Assembly (NCBI GenBank): GCA_964373795.1
Contig: CAYJVY010000001.1
Coordinates: forward strand, 101,537 to 133,536
From: an uncultured archaeon
Lineage (GTDB): Archaea; Iainarchaeota; Iainarchaeia; Iainarchaeales; DATDZZ01
DNA length: 32,000 nt
Reading direction: 5' to 3'
Of the stretch, positions 1 through 9,083 are shown one piece after another (within the stretch, counting starts at the first letter, position 1; every line of letters begins with the position of its first letter). Position numbers and translations under genes: made by a program. The notes beneath the pieces were generated by a model. The model was given only the letters and a program-made list of their open reading frames with translations. It was not told the DNA's origin and searched no databases.

Positions 1-2
1 TT

Positions 3-422
3 GATTCTTCTGGAGAATTGACTCTTGAAGCAAGAAACTCTTTAAAGCAATTTAATTCTGATTTGGATAAAGTTCCGGGCGTTTTAAGGAATGCTTTTTT
101 AGGTGAAACTATTACTTTAGAAGTTAACTTTTCTGACAATAGCACTGAATTTTTTTGTGTTAAGACAACTTCTAAAATTGAAAGCATTTCTAGAATTAAT
201 TGTTCTAATCCTTCCTTGCTTGTTTCAATTAACGAATCTACTATTAAAGAGATTTCTTCAAGTGATAATTTTTTTGATAGTTTGGTTTCAGCTTATCTTT
301 CTGGTGAAATAAAGGTTTCACCGGTTGGAGTTCCAGCTACTCTTAAAGTTACTTTTGTAAATATTTTTTCGGCTGTGTTTTCTTTTTTTAATTCCTTGTT
401 TGGGAGAGTAGAGGTTAAATGA
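3..422 (+). CDS. hypothetical protein, probably 5'-truncated by the window edge; hydrophobic C-terminus
   Basis: The frame is open from nt 3 with no stop; the ORF track starts at TTG 18. Its stop overlaps the next start (ATGA at 419-422), suggesting translational coupling. No motif recognised. Confidence 0.45.
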   Translation, partial: DSSGELTLEARNSLKQFNSDLDKVPGVLRNAFLGETITLEVNFSDNSTEFFCVKTTSKIESISRINCSNPSLLVSINESTIKEISSSDNFFDSLVSAYLSGEIKVSPVGVPATLKVTFVNIFSAVFSFFNSLFGRVEVK

Positions 423-1492
423 CTGAAGCAATTCAGATTTTAAAGGACTATCAGAAAAAAGTTGATGTTGAATTAATTGCTTTTTTAAATGAAAAAATTT
501 CTGAAGCTAAAGGGCAAGATTCTTTTTCAATTGAATTGCTTAAAAGAATTAAGGAGGTAAGTGAGAAAGGCGGAGGAAAAAGAATTCGCCCTGCAATGGC
601 TATTTTTGGTTTTAAATGTTTTGATTCTTCTACTGAAAAAGAGATTATTAAGGCATCAATTTCTTTAGAATTAATTCATACTTTTTTTTTGTTTCACGAT
701 GACATAATGGATGAATCTGATACTAGAAGAGGATTGCCTACTTTGCATAAACAGTATGAATCCATTGCTTTAGAGTCTTTTCCTTCTTTTAATCCCAGGA
801 GATTTGGAGAGTCAATGGCAATGCTTGGAGGAGATTTGCTTTCTTCTTTTGGTTTTGAAGCAGTTCTTAGAACTTCTTTCTCTGAAAAACAAAAACTTAC
901 TGCTTTAAGAAAATTGAATGACATAATTTTTTTCACTTGTTTTGGGCAAATCAAAGATGTATTAAATGAAGGTAGAAAGGATTTCACTGAAGCAGATGTG
1001 TTAAATGTTCATACTTTAAAGACAGCTAAATATTCTATTGAAGGGCCTTGTCAGTTTGGAGCAATGTTTGCAAACGCTTCTCAAAAAGATTTAAAGGTTT
1101 TCACTGATTATGGAATTCCTGTTGGAATTGCCTTTCAAGTCCAAGACGATCTTTTAGGAGTGTTTGGTGATGAAAAAAAAATTGGAAAGTCTGCAGACTC
1201 TGATTTAAAGGAAGGAAAAAAAACCTTGCTTATTTTAAAGGCTTTAGAGAATGGTTCTGAAAAACAAAAAAAAGTTATTTACTCTGTTTTAGGAAACAGA
1301 AATGCTTCTCCTGAAAAAATTAATGAAGTAAGAGAAATAATTAAGGAAACTAAGAGTTTTGATTATTCTGTTAAAAAAGCTAAGGAACTACTTGAGAAAG
1401 GAAAAAAGGAAATGAAGAAATCCAAATTCAAATCCGAGGGAAAAGAGTTTTTGATTGGCATTGCTGATTACATGCTTTCAAGAGAATATTAA
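419..1492 (+). CDS. idsA: trans-polyprenyl (geranylgeranyl-type) diphosphate synthase
   Basis: Carries the two aspartate-rich motifs of trans-prenyltransferases: FLFHDDIMDESDTRRG (first) and FQVQDDLLGVFGD (second), followed by KxxxSDLxEGKKT. Product chain length cannot be read by eye. Confidence 0.9.
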   Translation: MTEAIQILKDYQKKVDVELIAFLNEKISEAKGQDSFSIELLKRIKEVSEKGGGKRIRPAMAIFGFKCFDSSTEKEIIKASISLELIHTFFLFHDDIMDESDTRRGLPTLHKQYESIALESFPSFNPRRFGESMAMLGGDLLSSFGFEAVLRTSFSEKQKLTALRKLNDIIFFTCFGQIKDVLNEGRKDFTEADVLNVHTLKTAKYSIEGPCQFGAMFANASQKDLKVFTDYGIPVGIAFQVQDDLLGVFGDEKKIGKSADSDLKEGKKTLLILKALENGSEKQKKVIYSVLGNRNASPEKINEVREIIKETKSFDYSVKKAKELLEKGKKEMKKSKFKSEGKEFLIGIADYMLSREY

Positions 1493-4134
1493 TTTTTTAC
1501 TTGTTTTTCTTTTATTGCCATTTGAGCTGCTGCGAGTTTTGCTATTGGAACCCTAAACGGACTGCAGCTAACATAATTTAATCCAATTTTGTGGCAGAAT
1601 TCAACTGAAGAAGCTTCTCCTCCGTGTTCTCCACAAATTCCTATTTCTAGTTCTGGATTTGTTTTTCTTCCAAGTTCAACACATAACTTCATTAGTTTTC
1701 CTACTCCTTCTTGATCTAATACTGCGAAAGGATCTTTTTCAAATATTTTTTTTTCCTCATAGTGTTGAACGAATTTTCCAATATCGTCTCTTGAAAACCC
1801 ATAAGTTGTTTGAGTTAAATCGTTTGTTCCAAAGGAAAAAAATTCTGCTTCTTTTGCTATTTCATCTGCTGTAATGCATGCTCTAGGCAATTCAATCATT
1901 GTTCCAATCTTGAATTTAACTCCTTTTTCTTTTAATTTTAGTTCTTCTGCGACTTTTAAAATTATTTTTTTCATTTCAGTTAATTCTTTTACTGTTCCCA
2001 CTAAAGGAATTTCGATTTCAGGTAATACCTTTATTCCTTCTTTACTTACCTCTAATGCAGCTTCTAGTGCTGCTCTTGCCTGCATTTCATATACTTCTGG
2101 ATAGCTTAGCCCTAATCTTACTCCTCTGTGGCCAAGCATTGGGTTTGTTTCTTTTAATGATTCTACTTTTGCTTTAATTATTTCTTTTTCTACATTCATT
2201 TCCTTACTCATTTCTTCTACATCTTTTTCAATAAATGGAAGAAATTCGTGTAAAGGCGGATCTAGAAATCTTATTGTTACTGGAAAGCCATTCATTTCTC
2301 TGAATAATTCTTTGAAATCATTTTTTTGTAATGGCTTGATTTTTTCTAAAGCTTTTTTTCTCCCTTCTAAGTCTTTTGCTAGAATCATTTCCCTAATTGT
2401 TTTAATCCTGTCTTCTTGAAAAAACATGTGTTCTGTTCTGCATAAACCTATTCCTTCTGCTCCAAATTCTCTTGCTTTTCTTGCATCAATTGGAGTGTCT
2501 GCATTTGCTCTTACTTTTAGTTTTCTGTATTTGTCTGCCCAATGCATTATTTCTTCAAATTCCTTGCTTAGAGTTGGATCTGTTACAGGAATTTGTCCTT
2601 TAAATATTTCTCCTGTTGCCCCGTCTAAAGTAATCCATTCACCTACTTTTATTACTTCTTGTTTTGAAGTAGTGAATTCTCCAGGATTTCCTTTAATGGA
2701 TATTTCTTCACATCCAACAATGCAGCATTTACCCATTCCTCTTGCAACAACTGCTGCATGACTTGTTAATCCTCCTCTTGAAGTTAGAATTCCTTGAGCT
2801 ACATGCATTCCTTCAATGTCATCTGGAGAGGTTTCAGCTCTAACTAAAATTATTTTTTCTCCTGGATTTTTTTCAAATAGTTCTTTTGCTTTTTCTGCGC
2901 TGAAAACAACTTTTCCTACTGCAGCTCCTGGAGAAGCAGCTAATCCTTTTGCAATTGCTTTAAATTCTTTTTTTGCTTTTTCATCTAACTGTTTATGCAG
3001 TAATTGATTTAACTGGTTTGCATTTATTTTTAGTAAGGCTTCTTTTTCTGTTAAAATTTTTTCTTTCACCATGTCTACTGCAATTTTTACTGCTGCTTTT
3101 GCAGTTCTTTTTCCATTTCTTGTTTGCAATAAATATAGCCTGTTTTCTTCAATTGTGAATTCAAAGTCTTGCAAGTCTTTGAAGTGTTTTTCTAGTTTTT
3201 CATATACTTGAATTAGTTTTTCATATGATTCTGGGAGATCTTTTTTCATTTCATCAATGTGTTTTGGAGTTCTAATTCCTGCTACTACATCTTCTCCTTG
3301 CGCGTTTAAGAGATATTCTCCGTAGTGTTCTTTTTCTCCTGTTGCAGGGTTTCGAGTGAATCCAACTCCTGTTGCACTAGAGTTTCCTTTGTTTCCGAAA
3401 ACCATTGCTTGAATATTTACAGCTGTTCCTGCATCGTCTTTTAATGAATTAATTCTTCTATAAGAAATTGCTCTAGAACTATTCCATGACTCAAAAACAG
3501 CATTAATTGTCATTCTTAATTGTTCTTCAGGGTTTTGAGGAAAACTTTTTCCTTTTGCTTTAACTAATTTCTTGTAATCTTCAACTAATTCCTTTAAATC
3601 TTGTGCACTTAAATCAGTGTCAAATTTTACTTTTCTTGCATGCTTTTTTTTTTCCAGTAACTCTTCAAAATCTGAATGACTTAACTCCATTACTACGTCT
3701 GAAAACATTTGAATAAATCTTCTATACGAATCCCATGCAACTCTTTCATTTTTTGTTTTCTCTGAAAATGCTTTAACTGATTCGTCGTTCATTCCCAGAT
3801 TTAAAACTGTATCCATCATTCCAGGCATGGAAACATAGCTTCCGCTTCTAACTGAAACAAATAAAGGGTTTTCTTTATCTCCTAATTTTTTGTTCATTTT
3901 TTTTTCTAATTCTTTTAATTTTTCTTTTACTTGTTCTTCTAATCCTTTAGGCCATTTTTTTTCTAATTCATAATATTTTTTGCATGCTTCAGTTGTAATA
4001 GTAAATCCTGGTGGAACCATTAAACCTATTGCAGTCATTTCCGCTAATTGAGCTCCTTTATTTCCTAATAGAAAAGCGCTTTCCTCGCTTGCTTTGCTTT
4101 CATTAAACGCGTATACAAGTCTTTCTTTATTCAT
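1489..4134 (-). CDS. ppdK: pyruvate, phosphate dikinase
   Basis: 881 aa. N-terminal LLGNKGAQLAEM ATP-grasp start, phosphohistidine swivel motif GGLTSHAAVVARGMGK, and a C-terminal PEP-utilising domain (GLCRTEHMF, FFSFGTNDLTQ, CGEHGG). Confidence 0.95.
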   Translation of the reverse strand: MNKERLVYAFNESKASEESAFLLGNKGAQLAEMTAIGLMVPPGFTITTEACKKYYELEKKWPKGLEEQVKEKLKELEKKMNKKLGDKENPLFVSVRSGSYVSMPGMMDTVLNLGMNDESVKAFSEKTKNERVAWDSYRRFIQMFSDVVMELSHSDFEELLEKKKHARKVKFDTDLSAQDLKELVEDYKKLVKAKGKSFPQNPEEQLRMTINAVFESWNSSRAISYRRINSLKDDAGTAVNIQAMVFGNKGNSSATGVGFTRNPATGEKEHYGEYLLNAQGEDVVAGIRTPKHIDEMKKDLPESYEKLIQVYEKLEKHFKDLQDFEFTIEENRLYLLQTRNGKRTAKAAVKIAVDMVKEKILTEKEALLKINANQLNQLLHKQLDEKAKKEFKAIAKGLAASPGAAVGKVVFSAEKAKELFEKNPGEKIILVRAETSPDDIEGMHVAQGILTSRGGLTSHAAVVARGMGKCCIVGCEEISIKGNPGEFTTSKQEVIKVGEWITLDGATGEIFKGQIPVTDPTLSKEFEEIMHWADKYRKLKVRANADTPIDARKAREFGAEGIGLCRTEHMFFQEDRIKTIREMILAKDLEGRKKALEKIKPLQKNDFKELFREMNGFPVTIRFLDPPLHEFLPFIEKDVEEMSKEMNVEKEIIKAKVESLKETNPMLGHRGVRLGLSYPEVYEMQARAALEAALEVSKEGIKVLPEIEIPLVGTVKELTEMKKIILKVAEELKLKEKGVKFKIGTMIELPRACITADEIAKEAEFFSFGTNDLTQTTYGFSRDDIGKFVQHYEEKKIFEKDPFAVLDQEGVGKLMKLCVELGRKTNPELEIGICGEHGGEASSVEFCHKIGLNYVSCSPFRVPIAKLAAAQMAIKEKQVKN

Positions 4135-4323
4135 TTAATTTTTCACCCCAAGGCAAAGAGAAAATAGCCTATTTAATTCGTGTAAATTACTTTCCTTTCA
4201 CAATCTTCTTAAACTTATTCTTTTAAATTCATTTTTTTTCGTCAATTAGTTTAATCTTTTTTCATTACTGGAACCTTTTTAACTAATTCCTTGTTTAAAA
4301 ATTTATTAAAAAGGTGATTAAAA

Positions 4324-5598
4324 ATTTCTTCATCTGAATTAAAAGAGTTTTATAAAAAATCTTTAGAGGAAAGAATTAAGTTAGTGAAAGAATTCTCCAA
4401 TCTTTCCGATGCAGATGTCAATTTGCTTTCTTCTTTCAAACCATTAGAATTTGAAGTTGCGAACAGAATGATTGAAAATGTTGTAGGAGTAATGCCTTTT
4501 CCTCTAGGAATTGCAACCAATTTTTTAATCAATGGAAAGGATTACTTAATTCCAATGGCTTTAGAAGAAGCCTCTGTTGTTGCAGCTGCTTCTCATTCAG
4601 CAAAGCTTGCACGCGAAAAAGGAGGATTTACTGCTTCTTCAACTGATCCAATAATGATTGGACAAATTCAGTTATTGAATGTTCCAAACCTATCTAAAGC
4701 AAAAAACGCAATTGAGTCTGCGAAAAAAGAAATTTTGGAATTCTGTAATTCAATTGATTCAGTGTTAGTGAAATTTGGAGGAGGAGCAAAGGATTTCACT
4801 TTACGAGAAATTCCCTTTTCTAAAGGAAAAATGCTTGTCTTTCACTTGCTTGTAGATGTTCGAGATGCAATGGGTGCAAATGCTGTTAACACAATGTGTG
4901 AAAAGCTTTCTCCGCGTTTAGAACAGCTTTCAGGAGGAGAAACTCGTTTAAGAATTTTATCAAATCTAGCAATTTATCGTTTAACTAAAGCAAAAGCTAT
5001 TTGGAGTAAAAAAATTTTAACAGAGCAATTCGGTGAACAAGCAGTTGACAGAATTTTAGATGCATTTGAATTTGCTGTAAACGATCAATTTCGTGCAACA
5101 ACTCATAACAAAGGAATAATGAATGGAATTGATGCAGTAGTAATTGCTACAGGAAATGACTTCAGAGCAGTTGAAGCTGGAGCACATTCCTATGCTGCTT
5201 TTGAGCATAATTATTCTTCTCTAACAAAATATTACAAAAATTCTGATGGAGACTTGGTTGGAGAAATTGAATTACCTTTAGCAATTGGTTTAATTGGTGG
5301 AGCAACTAAAGTGCATCCAATGGCTCAAGTTTCATTAAAAATTTTGGGAGTAAAAACAGCTAATGAATTAAGTCAAGTAATTGCTTCTGTTGGCCTTGCG
5401 CAAAACTTTGCTGCAATGCGTGCATTGGCAATTGAAGGAATTCAGCAAGGCCATATGAAGCTTCATTCCAGAAACCTTGCTTCAATGGCTGGAGCAAAAG
5501 GAAATCAAATAGATTTAATTGCAGCTCAAATGGTGAAAGAAAAAAACGTTTCATTTTCCAGGGCAAAAGAATTAATTGAAGGATTGCAAAAACACTAA
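4324..5598 (+). CDS. hmgA: HMG-CoA reductase, class II (start uncertain: ATT 4324 proposed, GTG 4384 in the ORF track)
   Basis: Class II signatures are present: ENVVG, EEASVVAAAS, VDVRDAMGANAVNTM, ATHNKGIMNGIDAVVIATGNDFRAVEAGAH, VGLAQNFAAMRALAIEGIQQGHMKLH. Homology-like sequence (SSELKEFYKKSLEERIKL) continues upstream of the GTG to the in-frame TGA at 4315-4317. GGTGA at 4313-4317 lies 6 nt before ATT 4324. Confidence 0.9.
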   Translation: MSSSELKEFYKKSLEERIKLVKEFSNLSDADVNLLSSFKPLEFEVANRMIENVVGVMPFPLGIATNFLINGKDYLIPMALEEASVVAAASHSAKLAREKGGFTASSTDPIMIGQIQLLNVPNLSKAKNAIESAKKEILEFCNSIDSVLVKFGGGAKDFTLREIPFSKGKMLVFHLLVDVRDAMGANAVNTMCEKLSPRLEQLSGGETRLRILSNLAIYRLTKAKAIWSKKILTEQFGEQAVDRILDAFEFAVNDQFRATTHNKGIMNGIDAVVIATGNDFRAVEAGAHSYAAFEHNYSSLTKYYKNSDGDLVGEIELPLAIGLIGGATKVHPMAQVSLKILGVKTANELSQVIASVGLAQNFAAMRALAIEGIQQGHMKLHSRNLASMAGAKGNQIDLIAAQMVKEKNVSFSRAKELIEGLQKH

Positions 5599-5629
5599 TT
5601 AATTCTTATATTTTTTATTGAAATCTTAG

Positions 5630-5691
5630 TTCCTGGTGCCTAAAATATGTTTCTTTTTTCCCTCTAAAAATTTGTTTTCCTGGTGCCTAAA
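5630..5691. repeat. two perfect 15-nt direct repeats TTCCTGGTGCCTAAA (5630-5644 and 5677-5691), the cores of a degenerate ~47-bp tandem duplication
   Basis: Read directly. The only GC-containing blocks in the AT-rich hmgA/HMGCS intergenic region. Confidence 0.85.
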
Positions 5692-5837
5692 TTTTTTTCT
5701 TTTAAAACTCTTTTTTATTTTTTTATATTTTTTTTGTAAATTTTTTTTAAAAGTTTCTGCGATCAACGATTAGAATTCTTTTTAAATCAAACTCTTGAGA
5801 ATATTAATATTGAGATTTCTATTTTTGTGATTGAATA

Positions 5838-6881
5838 ATGATTACTGGAATTGTTGGTTACGGAGCTTATATTCCGCAGTATAGAATTAAGGCTGAAACA
5901 ATTGCCGAGGTATGGGGAACTGATCCTAAAACAATTATTAATGGCTTGCTTATTCAAGAAAAAAGTGTTCCAGGAAAAGATGAAGACACTATTTCAATTT
6001 CAGTTCAAGCAGCTCGAAATGCTTTAACTCGCGCGCAAATAGATCCTCAAAAAATTGGAGCAATTTTTATTGGCTCTGAAAGCCATCCTTATGCAGTAAA
6101 GCCTTCTGCTTCAATTGTTGGAGATGCATTAAATGCTGGGCCAGATTTAATGATGGCTGACACAGAGTTTGCTTGCAAGGCTGGAACAGCTGCAATTCAA
6201 ATGGTTTACGGTTTAGTGAAATCTGAAACAATTGAATATGGTTTAGCAATTGGAGCTGATACTTCTCAAGCCTCTCCAAATAATGCTTTAGAATACTCTG
6301 CTTCTGCTGGAGGAGCAGCATTTATTTTAGGAAGACAAAAAAAAGAAGTCCTCGCTTCCTTGGATTCAACTTATTCTTTTGCAACTGATACCCCTGATTT
6401 TTGGAGAAGAGGTTTAGCTTCTTTTCCTTCTCATGCAGGCAGATTCACTGGAGAACCAGGTTATTTCAAGCACTTGGAAGCAGCTGCTAAAAAAATAATG
6501 GATTTAAATGGCTTTAAGCCTTCAGATTTTGATTTTGTTTCCTTTCATCAACCAAATGGAAAATTTCCTTTAACTGCTGCAAAAAATTTAGGTTTTAATT
6601 CAGAACAATTAAAAACCGCTTTGCTTGTAACAAGAATTGGGAACACTTACTCTGGAGCATCTCCTTTAGGTTTAACAGCAATTCTTGACATTGCAAAGCC
6701 TGGGCAAAAAATTCTTGTAACCTCTTATGGATCTGGTTCTGGAGCAGATGCATTTATTTTTACTGTAACAGATGTCTTACCTTCAAAACAAGGTTTAGCA
6801 AAAAAAACAGAAGACTATATTGCTAGAAAAAAATATTTATCTTACACTAAATACAGACAACACATGGAGCTCATCCACTAA
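5838..6881 (+). CDS. HMG-CoA synthase, archaeal type
   Basis: 347 aa, thiolase-fold condensing enzyme. Motifs GSESHPYAVKPSA, ACKAGT (catalytic Cys context), FHQPNGKF and GNTYSGA. Sits directly upstream of the thiolase and DUF35 partners. Confidence 0.9.
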   Translation: MITGIVGYGAYIPQYRIKAETIAEVWGTDPKTIINGLLIQEKSVPGKDEDTISISVQAARNALTRAQIDPQKIGAIFIGSESHPYAVKPSASIVGDALNAGPDLMMADTEFACKAGTAAIQMVYGLVKSETIEYGLAIGADTSQASPNNALEYSASAGGAAFILGRQKKEVLASLDSTYSFATDTPDFWRRGLASFPSHAGRFTGEPGYFKHLEAAAKKIMDLNGFKPSDFDFVSFHQPNGKFPLTAAKNLGFNSEQLKTALLVTRIGNTYSGASPLGLTAILDIAKPGQKILVTSYGSGSGADAFIFTVTDVLPSKQGLAKKTEDYIARKKYLSYTKYRQHMELIH

Positions 6882-6922
6882 GCCTTTTTAGCGGATTTTG
6901 TTTCACAAAATCCTAAAAGGCT
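6881..6922 (+). other. bipartite hairpin immediately after the HMGCS stop codon
   Basis: AGCCTTTT (6881-6888) pairs with AAAAGGCT (6915-6922). GGATTTTG (6893-6900) pairs with CAAAATCC (6906-6913). Loop is TTTCA. No T-run follows on the + strand. Confidence 0.6.
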
Positions 6923-6925
6923 TGC

Positions 6926-6983
6926 GAAAATTTGAAAAAATTTGAAAAAATTTGGAAAAATTTGAAAAGAAAATTTGAAAATT
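6926..6983. repeat. about 5.5 tandem copies of a 10-bp A-tract unit (AAAATTTGAA-like), phased with the helical repeat
   Basis: TTTG recurs at 6931, 6941, 6951, 6961 and 6974. The tract ends at the AGAGGG ribosome-binding site before the thiolase ATG at 6995. Confidence 0.8.
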
Positions 6984-6994
6984 AGAGGGAAAAT

Positions 6995-8152
6995 ATGAAA
7001 GTAGCAGTTGTTGGAACTGGTTTAACTCAATTTGGAGAGTTATGGAATAAAGGCATTAAAGATTTGCTTGCTGAAGCTCAGTTAAAAGCTTTAGAGGATG
7101 CAAAAATGTCTGGAAAAGATATTCAAATGATATATACAGGTAACATGGTTTCAGGAGAATTAACTGGTCAAGAACATTTAGGAGCAATGGCTTCAGAGAA
7201 TTTAGGATTAAATATTCCTTCAACTCGAATTGAAGGAGCATGTGCTTCAGGTAGCTTAGCAATTCGAGAAGGAGTTTTTGCAATTCTTTCAGGGCAAGCA
7301 GATATTGTAATGGTTAATGGAGTAGAAAAAATGACTGATTGTTCTGTTGAACAAGTTACAACTGCTTTAATGGGTGCAGGTGATGAAGAATGGGAGGAAT
7401 TTCAAGGAGCAACTTTTCCAGGGCTTTATGCTTTATTTGCGAGAAGAATGTTTCATGAAAAATTAATTACTCGCGAACAACTTGCAATGGTTTCAGTTAA
7501 ATCTCACAAGCATGGAACCTTAAACCCTATTGCTCAATTCAAAAAAGAAATCACTGTAGACGATGTATTAAAGTCTTCAATGGTTGCAGATCCTTTAACC
7601 TTGCTTGATTGTTCTCCAATCTCTGACGGAGCTGCTTCAATTATTCTTGCAAAACCAGAACTAGCAAAAAAATTCACTGATTCGCCTGTTTACTTAATTG
7701 GTTCAGGGCAAGCAACTGATACTCTTGCATTGCATGCAAGAGATTCTTTAACTGAAATTAAAGGCACTCGAATAGCTGCTCAGCATGCTTTCAAGCAAGC
7801 AGGAATTTCAGTAAAAGATATTTCTATTACTGAAGTGCATGACTGTTTTTCTATTGCAGAGGTTTTAGCAATGGAGGGCATTGGCTTAACAAAGCCTGGA
7901 GAAACAGGGAAAGTAATTGAAGAAGGTCAAACATTTTTTGATGCAAAAATTCCAGTGAACACTTGTGGTGGATTAAAAGCTTGTGGGCACCCAATCGGAG
8001 CTACAGGAGTAAAACAAGCAATTGAAGTGGTTCATCAATTAAGAGGCGATGCAGGAAAAAGGCAAGTAAAAAATGCTTCAATTGGCATAACACATAATGT
8101 TGGAGGTACTGGAGCAACAGTAGTAGTAAATGTGTTTTCAAATAAAAGGTGA
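6995..8152 (+). CDS. acetyl-CoA acetyltransferase (archaeal acetoacetyl-CoA thiolase)
   Basis: 385 aa thiolase/SCP-x-like fold. Motifs EGACASGS (active Cys), HDCFSI, CGGLKACGHPIGATG and NVGGTG. Lies between HMGCS and DUF35. Confidence 0.9.
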   Translation: MKVAVVGTGLTQFGELWNKGIKDLLAEAQLKALEDAKMSGKDIQMIYTGNMVSGELTGQEHLGAMASENLGLNIPSTRIEGACASGSLAIREGVFAILSGQADIVMVNGVEKMTDCSVEQVTTALMGAGDEEWEEFQGATFPGLYALFARRMFHEKLITREQLAMVSVKSHKHGTLNPIAQFKKEITVDDVLKSSMVADPLTLLDCSPISDGAASIILAKPELAKKFTDSPVYLIGSGQATDTLALHARDSLTEIKGTRIAAQHAFKQAGISVKDISITEVHDCFSIAEVLAMEGIGLTKPGETGKVIEEGQTFFDAKIPVNTCGGLKACGHPIGATGVKQAIEVVHQLRGDAGKRQVKNASIGITHNVGGTGATVVVNVFSNKR

Positions 8153-8157
8153 AATGA

Positions 8158-8556
8158 ATGTATCGTTCAAGTCCAATTATTCGATGGAGAAGATATAACG
8201 ATAGATATCGCTTTGAAGGAAATCAATGCATTAAGTGTCAAACAGTTTTTTATCCAAAAAAATTTTTATGCAAATGTGGTTCAAAAGAATTCAACGCATT
8301 TGAGTTTTCAGGAAAAGGAGTCCTTCTTTCTTTTACTGAAATAAAGTCTCCTCCAGAGGTTTTCATTGAACAAGCCACCTACTGCATTGGAATAGTTCAA
8401 TTAATTGAAGGCCCTAAAATTACTTCCCAAATTGCTGATGTAGAATTAAAAGACTTAAAAATTGGAATGAAATTAATTTCTTCTTTCAGAAAATTTTATT
8501 CCTCTGGAGAAGAAGGAGCAATTCATTATGGAACAAAATTCATTCCAGATTTCTAA
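8158..8556 (+). CDS. DUF35 zinc-ribbon/OB-fold protein (scaffold of the thiolase/HMGCS complex)
   Basis: 132 aa. CIKCQ...CKCGS rubredoxin-like zinc ribbon followed by an OB-like region (GKGVLLSFTEI). Conserved position after the thiolase. Confidence 0.8.
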   Translation: MYRSSPIIRWRRYNDRYRFEGNQCIKCQTVFYPKKFLCKCGSKEFNAFEFSGKGVLLSFTEIKSPPEVFIEQATYCIGIVQLIEGPKITSQIADVELKDLKIGMKLISSFRKFYSSGEEGAIHYGTKFIPDF

Positions 8557-8567
8557 TTACAAGAAAC

Positions 8568-8975
8568 TTATTTTCCTTTTTTTTCCTGAAGAAACTTTTC
8601 TGCTTTAATTATTCTACTAAAATTTTCAAGAATTTTTGCAGTAATTTCGGTTTTTTCTTCATCCATTGATATGAATTGAACCCTTAATGAAAATCTATAC
8701 ACTTCTTCATCAATTTTATCTAATAACTCTTTACTTCCAAGTCTTTCAAGCCTACCTGTTTTATTTCCTTGTTGCAATAAAAATGCTTTAACTAATGCTC
8801 TTTCTTGTGCATTGCTTGAAGTTATTCCGGCAATTATTTGCGCTAAATTTGTTCGAGTTTTATCTGCAAACTTAATATGTTCAATTGTTCCACGTGTATG
8901 CGGATTTTTATCCATTCTTTCAAATTCTTTTACAAGTATTTTTCTATGAATATCTGGGTTTAAAGGTTTTCGCAT
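8568..8975 (-). CDS. hypothetical protein
   Basis: 135-aa ORF with K/E-rich composition like neighbouring genes. Diverges from the 9084 operon. No motif recognised. Confidence 0.5.
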   Translation of the reverse strand: MRKPLNPDIHRKILVKEFERMDKNPHTRGTIEHIKFADKTRTNLAQIIAGITSSNAQERALVKAFLLQQGNKTGRLERLGSKELLDKIDEEVYRFSLRVQFISMDEEKTEITAKILENFSRIIKAEKFLQEKKGK

Positions 8976-9083
8976 AACTTTCTATAAATAATTGTTTTTA
9001 AGGTTTTTATATCTTTAACCTTGTGCTTTAAAACAATTTTCAACCATATTTTTTTAATTAAATTTTTATTAAGAGGTGTTGAA

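Noticed and set aside
694-3158. ORF-track antisense ORFs inside idsA and ppdK (694-987, 1659-1874, 1874-2104, 2426-2761, 2816-3007, 2973-3158).
   Set aside because: They lie wholly within, and antisense to, genes with unambiguous family motifs. Their composition is low-complexity (F/L/S-rich), typical of shadow ORFs in AT-rich DNA. The same reasoning applies to the other short antisense ORFs in the track: 4350, 5360, 6067, 7056, 9563, 12594, 13311, 13881, 14727, 15735, 17021, 18263, 18548, 19182, 19979, 21561, 21680, 22183, 22900, 24398, 24765, 27988 and 31703.
6926-6983. The tandem 10-bp repeats considered as a possible CRISPR or minisatellite array.
   Set aside because: The units are contiguous with no spacers and are only 10 bp long, so this is a simple A-tract tandem repeat. 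No CRISPR-like repeat-spacer structure exists anywhere in the window.
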